From: Oligoflexia bacterium
GTDB lineage: Bacteria > Bdellovibrionota_B > Oligoflexia > Oligoflexales > JAGOVF01
Assembly: GCA_030432875.1 (NCBI GenBank)
Contig: JAUILP010000004.1
Span: 4,548-68,547 of the forward strand
Length of the DNA: 64,000 nt
Direction of reading: 5' to 3'
Every line of letters starts with the position of its first letter. The stretch's first letter is position 1. The notes beneath the pieces were generated by a model. That model was not told the DNA's origin, made no database searches, and saw only the letters and a list, made by a program, of their open reading frames with translations. A program made the translations under genes and the position numbers. Below are positions 21,653 through 29,260 of the stretch, in pieces.

Positions 21653-21789
21653 TAACTGTAGTACTGACATATACTCCTTAAGTGTAGACTGGTGGCAGGT
21701 GCCGCTTGTTCTCAGGAACAGGCGGCACCTCGCGCGGTTCCTGCGCAGATTTTGATATGCGGTGCCATATTACTGCACTTTAATATACT

Positions 21790-24675
21790 CTAAGGGGAGC
21801 ATCTTCCTCCTGACCTCATCTGAATTTCATCAATAGCTTCCTCCATGCCATCGATGAGTTCCTGTGATAGTCCTTTCGCCACAGTTCCTTTTTTGAGATT
21901 TTCAAGGATATCGCATCTTGGGATTTTGGGTAGCATTTTATAAATTTGCACTCGTCCGTAAGCATCCCCGTATTTAATAGAATTGTTGATTTCTTCTAAA
22001 AAAATATCGGGCACCTCTTCAAGTGATGCTAATGAATCGATATAAAAATTAATCAGCTTAGCATACTCATCCTTTTTTTTCTCGGAGATAAATTTTTTGC
22101 CATTGTTATCTTCTTCGCCTATCCACATATAGCGAAGAAGCCTTGTAAATCCCTCTGGACTCAATGTCTGCAAAAGATATTTTTCAGCTGCCATTTTGGT
22201 ATCTTCAAATTTGGTTAAATTTTCTAAACTTGGGTTTTCTCCTGTGTAGACTAATTCCCCTGTTAAATGGTAGGCCAGCTCACCACCAATAGAGCTATCT
22301 AAGGCAATTGAATCAAGTCGCTTTATAGCCCAGGTCCGTAAATTGGGATCAGGCATTCCCATTATGTGAGCCAGAGCTATTTGAGCACCAACATGATCAT
22401 GGCCATTGATGAGTTCGATGGCTAGGTCATAGTTTTTCTGCATATAGGGATATTGGGGATCGGGTTTACGAAAAAGAAAGCTTGATAGTTTTAGCAAACA
22501 GTCACCATCCAGGCTCCGCTTAGCAAGAAATAAACGAATTTTTTCCCGTTGCGCATCATCAGCTCGGTAAAGATAGTCAATAACGGCACTGCTGACCTCA
22601 TCGTGATCTCCCTCTATAGAGATGAGAAAATCAATTGCGGCATCAAATTTTTGATTATTTATTGACGAGTATAGTTTGAGATTGGGGACATTTATTAATG
22701 AAAAATTTAAGGCATACATGCTTTTAAGCGTAGCTTCAATGAGTTCGGCATCTTTTTTATTGTTCATGGAGGAAAGCCAGCCCATACGGGGATCCAAAAT
22801 ACCGTTTGCGGCCTCCGGGGTTTTTATGCGTAGCATGAGTTCTAAACCTGTGAGGCTGACATCAGCCACTTTAATGGGTTTTAATTTCAACAAATCACGA
22901 ACATGCATATTAGAATAGTTATCGCGAGCTTTCAGTAGCTTAAGCAAAAACTCTTGTAAAGCAGGTTCAATCGTCAATACTTTTTGCACAAGTAGGAGAG
23001 TCGCATCTGGGCTTGAGAGGGAATTGGTCAATATGAGCGCCCTCATTCGGTTGTCAGGATGCTGGCTACTCATAAGTTTGCCTAAGTCGGGGAGCAGTGT
23101 TTCCTCAAGGGGGGTGCGGGCAAGTAGAAAAAGCCCCAAATTATTTCTGAGATCGGCATTTTTATGCTCCAAAATGGCAATGATATTTTGATTGACATCG
23201 ATAAGATCAGAGCTAGATAAAACCTCCAAGGCCCGCAAATAAATTTCTGGTTCTCTGCTTTTGCGAGCGATAACTTCCGTGATTTTTGTAATTGATGGTG
23301 GGTCAATATGGTACTTAACCAGCATGTTAGCAGATTGTATGCGGATATATTCTCTATCATCGCCAAGAAGGCCTGCTAGGGCTATCTTTAAAGGTGGCGG
23401 TAGGATTTGTAAGCTGTTCATGGAAAAAAAAGCAATTCTGATCAGATCTCGATCATCTTGCCCAAGTGTTTTTACAAGTGTTCCCAATTCGCCCAAATCA
23501 AGAGATCCATCTCGAATCGCCGCAAGTTGGGAATGAATGTGAATGTTATTTTGAAGAATTTCGTGAGACGTGAGTATAAAAACCCTATAATCGTCTTTAG
23601 ACAAATAATCATGATGGTACTTGAAAAATAGAAAGATGGCGTTGTGATCACCGCTCTCACTGAGGCTTTTGAAGTCAATATTATACTGGGAGAGTTTTTT
23701 AGCTATTTCAGATGGGCTAAATTTTGGCGTAAGGGACGATTTTTCATTGAAAAAATTGCTCAGTTCTCTTTCATAAAATGCGAGCCTCATCAGACTTCGG
23801 CTATCTATACTCGATGTTAAAAATTGAACATAATTATCTTTTGTCAACTTGCTATAGGTAATGACCCCAAGAGGAATGGACGTCTTCTGAGCAAAGATAA
23901 ACTTAGGATCATGGACCCTTTTTTCGTCTTCAACACCAAATAAATAGGCTTTGCTATTTTTAAACTCAATTTGATCTGACTTATTTAGGGGAAATAGAAT
24001 GCTAAAAATTTTGGCAGATTCACTATATTTGAAAGAAAAAAAAGCATAATGATTATTTTGCTGTGAAAATTTTCCTTCGTACAAAAGGTTTCTATTTTGA
24101 CCCTCTAAACAATTAGGACCGGAATAGTCAAAACCGCAGTGGGAAAAGTCGCGTAACACAGTTTCGCTTTCATAGACCCACTGCTCAGGAATGCTTTTTA
24201 AAAAACTTTCCGTATTGGTCGTCCATAAAAAATTGATTTCTACCTTAAGACTGTTGAGGCTCCCGGGGATAGGCTTGATATCTTTAAATTCGAGCACCGA
24301 GTTTAGCTTTGTACTAGAGGCAGCGGTACTTAGCGAATCTGTAGTGACATCCCCCTTTTTTTCTAAGATTTCATTGATATTTAGATGAGCATCGCACTGG
24401 TTTTGCTCATATAATAAGGTCCGCTCCTTAAGAGCACAGTTTTTATTAAGGGTTTCATCACGGAGTGCTGCGCAAAAATCGGACAAAATTAGAGATTCAT
24501 CATCCCCCGAAAAATCATGCTCTCCGGTACTGCATGAGCTAAGGGTAAAGCTATAAGAACGCGTTTGATCAGTGGCGGGAGGCACATTTTTTTTTAAGTC
24601 CTTGTTGCCAAATCCACAGCTAAGGTGCAAAAAAAATGCGCTGAGAAATAGTACACAAAAAACTAAGCTGTTCAT
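21790..24675 (-). CDS. large hypothetical lipoprotein with HEAT-like helical repeats
   Basis: 961-aa ORF from ATG 24675 (RBS AAGGAGAG; MNSLVFCVLFLSAFFLHLSCG signal/lipobox). Recurrent LLxDxxxxxRxxAxxxL-type segments (LLGDDREYIRIQSANML, HKNADLRNNLGLFLL, QHPDNRMRALILTNSL, PDPNLRTWAIKRLDSI). Confidence 0.6.
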   Translation of the reverse strand: MNSLVFCVLFLSAFFLHLSCGFGNKDLKKNVPPATDQTRSYSFTLSSCSTGEHDFSGDDESLILSDFCAALRDETLNKNCALKERTLLYEQNQCDAHLNINEILEKKGDVTTDSLSTAASSTKLNSVLEFKDIKPIPGSLNSLKVEINFLWTTNTESFLKSIPEQWVYESETVLRDFSHCGFDYSGPNCLEGQNRNLLYEGKFSQQNNHYAFFSFKYSESAKIFSILFPLNKSDQIEFKNSKAYLFGVEDEKRVHDPKFIFAQKTSIPLGVITYSKLTKDNYVQFLTSSIDSRSLMRLAFYERELSNFFNEKSSLTPKFSPSEIAKKLSQYNIDFKSLSESGDHNAIFLFFKYHHDYLSKDDYRVFILTSHEILQNNIHIHSQLAAIRDGSLDLGELGTLVKTLGQDDRDLIRIAFFSMNSLQILPPPLKIALAGLLGDDREYIRIQSANMLVKYHIDPPSITKITEVIARKSREPEIYLRALEVLSSSDLIDVNQNIIAILEHKNADLRNNLGLFLLARTPLEETLLPDLGKLMSSQHPDNRMRALILTNSLSSPDATLLLVQKVLTIEPALQEFLLKLLKARDNYSNMHVRDLLKLKPIKVADVSLTGLELMLRIKTPEAANGILDPRMGWLSSMNNKKDAELIEATLKSMYALNFSLINVPNLKLYSSINNQKFDAAIDFLISIEGDHDEVSSAVIDYLYRADDAQREKIRLFLAKRSLDGDCLLKLSSFLFRKPDPQYPYMQKNYDLAIELINGHDHVGAQIALAHIMGMPDPNLRTWAIKRLDSIALDSSIGGELAYHLTGELVYTGENPSLENLTKFEDTKMAAEKYLLQTLSPEGFTRLLRYMWIGEEDNNGKKFISEKKKDEYAKLINFYIDSLASLEEVPDIFLEEINNSIKYGDAYGRVQIYKMLPKIPRCDILENLKKGTVAKGLSQELIDGMEEAIDEIQMRSGGRCSP

Positions 24676-25440
24676 TACTCTCCTTGGGTTTAATTCCTTC
24701 AGGCCTCTAGGGACACACAAAGCGAAAACATTATTTCATATGACTCTTTAAATTAATCTATCCTGCCTGTTCTAAGGCTATAAAGAAAAAACATTGCTTA
24801 CCCCCAAGCTTAATGGGCACCATGTCTTGGGGGATGAACCTGAGCAGATTCGTATCAAAATCCTGTAAACTTTGCAATATTTTTGGATATTTGTCTAAAT
24901 TAGTTGCCTAATACTTCTTTTGTAGGGCGGGGTGACGCATCATTTTTCCCTGCCACTTGTTGGATTTAAGGCGGAGATAGACTCCATGAGGTGCCGGGTA
25001 TCCCAGGAATTTCTGCTCACGTTTTCAAAATTGGGACATTTTTTTTTACGATCGTCTTAGGAAAATATTTCAGATCCAACGCATCAACTTAATCGCAATT
25101 TTCACATGCAATATATATCTGCGTTGCCCGTTCCCATTTGGGTACACTATTTTGACGCAATGCTCTTGAACGATATTTTATTTGAGGAATTCGTTATAGG
25201 TTGCGCCCAGGTAAGGAATGAAAAAATTAATAACAATTAATGCAAGTGCAGGGTTTGTAAGGCCCAGAAAATTTTTCTGAAGAACTTTTTGAGAAAACCG
25301 CGTTTGTTTTTGAAGCTACGACCTGAGTTCTTGTTCTTAGGGCCTCCCCATTCTTGCATTTTAGACTTCATAATCTAAAAAAAATTTCAACTATACTATT
25401 GGGTTTTCTATAAAAAACATGTCTTTTAGAGAGGTAACGC

Positions 25441-27759
25441 GTGAAATTATTTTTCTTACTCATCTTTATTTACGCCCAGGCCTGTGCCCCCGCCCCTGAA
25501 GCATCACGGGTGAGTCTGCGTGAAGGAGAACTTCCTAACTTAAATCGTTATGACGCCTCGGCACTGCTGAGTAAAATTGATCACAGTGACGCCCTGTCTA
25601 TGTCACTTAGCTTTTATTATCAGCCTACCACCCAACGCGAATATCAAGCAATTATCGATGCAGGGATCGAAAATGTGATGCTTGAATACAATGCAAAGAT
25701 CGGCGAATGCCCATCCTTCGACTTTAATTGCCCAAATTTTTGGAAATTAGATGCCGCGTTAACTGCGGCTAGAAATAAAACAAACAGAGCTGGCCAAAAA
25801 CTCTATGTGGATCTGTTTTGGCAGTTTAACTCAAATGGGAGTTTTGAAGATAAAAACTCAGAAAAAATTATTGCCGGATTTAAAAAACTCATCAATAAAC
25901 ATAAAGATACCCTAACACGAATTTGGCTTCAATTAGATGTGAGTATTTCTAGTGACCGTACGAAGGGTTATATTCGTACAGAAGAATATCTTAGGGATTT
26001 GTGTGGAGACCGGTCAATTGGCTGTGGCATTGCAACACAAAGACATCTTTGGTCCGAGTATTACAATTCTTTTCTCCCACCCTTTGCGGGACAGGGTATT
26101 CCGCTCATGGAAATCAACTATGATAGAACCCCAAACCGCAACTTATTTTATGACACCCAATATGGCGGTGTTAATGCAAATCACTGGGGACGCGAAAGTA
26201 AAAGTGGTGCTTTCATCCCTTATCATGGTTGGCTAGAGCCAGATGCAAAACGTTGGAATGGATCGCAGAATCGTCAAGAAATGGGTTATAGTCAAGCCTT
26301 TTATGCTGCTACCGGAATGCAGGTTATTAAGCGAGAAGCTCTCAACAAAAATTATATTCCTGCGTTTCAAATTTCGATGGCCAATAAAGGCAATAGCCGC
26401 TTTGCTCCAGGAGTTGCTGATGAATGCAAGCGAATTCTTAAGGACAGCGCCTTTAAAGATTTGATGGAAAATCTTAAAAAAGATCCTAGCTATGAAACGT
26501 CTTTTACCCGTATTAGCCACGCTTTTGCCCGCAGAGAAGCGCGTGAACTTTGCCGCGAGTTAAATGGCGTGGTAAGAAAAACAGACCGAATTTGTTTTGA
26601 AGATATTCAAGCTTTACTAAGTTGCGGCGATGACCCTGTATGGGTGGCATGTAACGCTGGTTGTAACGTTAATGATGACAAGAATCATCTTGGAAATGAT
26701 TGTAGGGAAAGTCACAGACCAGAAATGACACAGGTTTGTGGCAATACGATAGATCTGGAGATTCTCAAAAGTCCAGAAGCCAAAATGGGTGGTTATACAT
26801 CGATTTTTACCGGAAGCATAGCACCAGACCTGAGTCGCAGCATTGATGATCTTAGCACAAAGAACTTACCCAAAGAAGGTGATTTTAGCTGTGGAAAAGG
26901 CCTGCGAGCCAGTTTAACTGGAGAGTTTTGCTACTCTGTTGTCCCAAATGCTGTTGGGGCGTGTATTGTTCCTAATAGCCCAGGAAGTTTTTTGTGTCCC
27001 TTCCAACTCGCAGAAAATTTGGCTGCAGCTAATAATGGCAACCCACCTGTTTATGTCCTAACAAGAGACGGTGTCCACTCGGTAGGTTCCGATAATGTTT
27101 TTAAACTAAGTACATTTAGTATTTTAATTAATAAAGAAACCCTTGTTTGTCCTTCGGGTATGTCTCCCTCCAAAGATGGAAAAGCATGTTACTGCAATAA
27201 TGGAACTTGTCCTATAGCTAATCAATGTTATTTTGGCGGCGCTGATCAAAATTATAATGACTATATGTGCCCCGCCATCAGTTTTGGTAGCGCACCTCCA
27301 GGTACAGTTTGCTACAACGGTAGGGTACCTTGTAGTCAGGGGTGCTGCTGCGCAAATGCTAAGTGTGGCGGAAACTGTACTGAAGAGTGCACCACCTCAT
27401 GGACAAACTCATCATCAGGAGGATCAACTTCGACATCAATTAGAACAGACAGTGCCGGGACTCAGTGTATGCATACGGATGCTTCATGCCGCCGATTGGA
27501 TCCTTCTGCTAAAGCCAGCTGTAACTACTGCTACTGCCCCAATGGCAAAGTTGGTTTTCCTTGTTATGAGCCACCATCCGCATCGCATCCTCCCTATCAA
27601 AGTCCCGAGGAACAAGTGCAGTCTTGTGTGGGCAATAGAGTGCCGCTCAAAGGTTATGGCTGCGTGGACCCTTACAACCCAAGTGCAAATAAAGGCAGTA
27701 TTACCTTTAAAGGTACTGATGGTAGCATAATTGAATGGACTGTTCTTAAGGTTAAATAA
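25441..27759 (+). CDS. cassette protein A1: exported lipoprotein, unrecognised N-terminal alpha/beta domain plus Cys-rich C-terminal region
   Basis: 772 aa with a GTG start after GAGAGG. Signal/lipobox LIFIYAQAC. The C-terminal ~350 aa is very Cys-rich (e.g. PCSQGCCCANAKCGGNC). Paralogue at 34285-36603. Confidence 0.8.
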   Translation: MKLFFLLIFIYAQACAPAPEASRVSLREGELPNLNRYDASALLSKIDHSDALSMSLSFYYQPTTQREYQAIIDAGIENVMLEYNAKIGECPSFDFNCPNFWKLDAALTAARNKTNRAGQKLYVDLFWQFNSNGSFEDKNSEKIIAGFKKLINKHKDTLTRIWLQLDVSISSDRTKGYIRTEEYLRDLCGDRSIGCGIATQRHLWSEYYNSFLPPFAGQGIPLMEINYDRTPNRNLFYDTQYGGVNANHWGRESKSGAFIPYHGWLEPDAKRWNGSQNRQEMGYSQAFYAATGMQVIKREALNKNYIPAFQISMANKGNSRFAPGVADECKRILKDSAFKDLMENLKKDPSYETSFTRISHAFARREARELCRELNGVVRKTDRICFEDIQALLSCGDDPVWVACNAGCNVNDDKNHLGNDCRESHRPEMTQVCGNTIDLEILKSPEAKMGGYTSIFTGSIAPDLSRSIDDLSTKNLPKEGDFSCGKGLRASLTGEFCYSVVPNAVGACIVPNSPGSFLCPFQLAENLAAANNGNPPVYVLTRDGVHSVGSDNVFKLSTFSILINKETLVCPSGMSPSKDGKACYCNNGTCPIANQCYFGGADQNYNDYMCPAISFGSAPPGTVCYNGRVPCSQGCCCANAKCGGNCTEECTTSWTNSSSGGSTSTSIRTDSAGTQCMHTDASCRRLDPSAKASCNYCYCPNGKVGFPCYEPPSASHPPYQSPEEQVQSCVGNRVPLKGYGCVDPYNPSANKGSITFKGTDGSIIEWTVLKVK

Positions 27760-27944
27760 TGTTCCTAAAAGGCCAGGAAGAGAATGGACTTAGGAGATGC
27801 TATCAATAGGTATGGATAAGTGAATCAAATTCCATTAGCGGTTATTTTTCAGTAAAAAACATTTGAGAATAAATTTACCGCTATGACATCTTGGCGATTT
27901 TAAGTAACTGTGAAATGGTTAAATAACCACAAAAGGATTTCAGT

Positions 27945-29246
27945 ATGTTTAGGTGTTTTTTTAATAACATCTTATTTTTATGCTTGTTCATGACATTTTT
28001 GGGTGGCTGTGGCATAAAAAATAAGGAATCTAAGATAGAGGCTCTTGCCGATAGAAATATATCTGGCCACGATTTTGACCTAAAGGAGAATGAATTTATT
28101 CTGACCTTTAGCTTTGGCCCTGCGCCTGCAGATGAAATTTCGCGAAAGAGTTCTCTAGATCTCGCCAAATTTTTAAGCGGTAAAAAAATTCCTGCCGTTT
28201 TTTTCTTTTTAGGGAGTTTTGCCGAGGCTGCGCCAGATCTTTCTCGGCAAATTGCAAGTCTACCCTTTATTGCTATTGGTAATGGTTCTTATAGGCCCAT
28301 GCAGATCTTAGGTGAAAATTTCAATATCCAAAAGACAACCTTAACAGATTTAGAAACAGCGGACAAAATTCTCAGTCCCTATTTTGGTGATTATCGTTTT
28401 TTTCAAGCGCCATTTTATGTATTTTCGCCAGACCAAAAAAATTCCGGTTTTAATGATGATGGTATCGATCCATCCCGGATATTTCGCTCAAGTATCAAAT
28501 ATTTGAATATGGCTCATAACAAAGTCCTTAAAGATTATATTGGTCCTATTGGGGCCGATATCGGCGGCAATCTCGATTATTATGATTGGAGCGAAGATTG
28601 CCGCGACGATCTAGATTTGTGTGAAGAGAGATATCTTAAACAAATGACCTTAAAAACAATGGGTGTGGTGAGTTTTCATGATTTATTTCCAGATACGCGC
28701 AGCATGTTTTTACGGGATGACGGTAAAGATTTTTTAACTCTCGCTCAAAATAAGGGCTTTAGTTTTGTGAGTATCATGAGAAATGCAAAAATTCTTGATT
28801 CCCTAAAGCAGGGAAATTTCGCAAATTTTGTTGAGGAAAAAGGGCAGATGACCTGCAGTGAAAACGAAGATTTTGCCTTCAAAGAATTTGATCAAATGAT
28901 CCTATCAAATTATTCACGCTCCAAAGCTCGAGCTGAAGCGGGCAACCAAATGGTTCCAGGTTCCTATGATTTTAACTTTAGGAGTATGGAATTTATTGAT
29001 GATTTTAAAGTATTTTATCGCTCCTCAAACCCACCAGGCATCGAGATGGATATTCCCAACAAAATCATCAATCATGCCAGCGGATTTACAGAATTTGGGT
29101 TCTCCATGAATTTTTATACTTCGGCCATGAAAGAGTGGGTGGTGGTAACCTGCAAAAAAGTTGATGGAGGTCTTAAAACTAGTGACCGGATATTTTTTAG
29201 TTCCTGCATAACAGGCAAGGACGGTATTGCGCCGCAATGTTATTAA
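27945..29246 (+). CDS. cassette protein B1: lipoprotein with degenerate NodB/CE4 (polysaccharide deacetylase-like) domain
   Basis: Lipobox FLGGCG. LTFSFGP aligns to NodB motif 1 (TFDDGP), IGNGSYRP to motif 2 (H-S/T-x-x-H), QAPFY to motif 3 (RPPYG), DYYDW to motif 4 (DxxDW) and VVSFHD to motif 5 (LxH). Confidence 0.7.
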   Translation: MFRCFFNNILFLCLFMTFLGGCGIKNKESKIEALADRNISGHDFDLKENEFILTFSFGPAPADEISRKSSLDLAKFLSGKKIPAVFFFLGSFAEAAPDLSRQIASLPFIAIGNGSYRPMQILGENFNIQKTTLTDLETADKILSPYFGDYRFFQAPFYVFSPDQKNSGFNDDGIDPSRIFRSSIKYLNMAHNKVLKDYIGPIGADIGGNLDYYDWSEDCRDDLDLCEERYLKQMTLKTMGVVSFHDLFPDTRSMFLRDDGKDFLTLAQNKGFSFVSIMRNAKILDSLKQGNFANFVEEKGQMTCSENEDFAFKEFDQMILSNYSRSKARAEAGNQMVPGSYDFNFRSMEFIDDFKVFYRSSNPPGIEMDIPNKIINHASGFTEFGFSMNFYTSAMKEWVVVTCKKVDGGLKTSDRIFFSSCITGKDGIAPQCY

Positions 29247-29260
29247 TAGAGGATGAATCG

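Noticed and set aside
25086-25096. 11-mer AACTTAATCGC shared by the regions upstream of both A genes (also at 33986-33996)
   Set aside because: It sits at different distances from the two starts (about 350 vs 295 nt), and the flanks are unrelated. A single shared 11-mer in AT-rich DNA of this size is plausibly chance.
26233-26520. Antisense ORF conserved in both cassette copies (95 aa here, 150 aa at 34915-35367), overlapping the near-identical nucleotide island
   Set aside because: The conservation is a by-product of the nucleotide identity of the sense gene. The lengths and starts differ (GVG-type GTG here vs ATG in copy 2), and I see no Shine-Dalgarno sequence. It is kept only as a remote alternative in the mosaic-identity finding.
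27233-27730. 165-aa alternate-frame ORF in the Cys-rich part of A1 (and 107 aa at 36026-36349 in A2)
   Set aside because: The two differ in length and extent between the copies. They lie in the same-strand shifted frame of a clearly coding region, so they are not independently supported.
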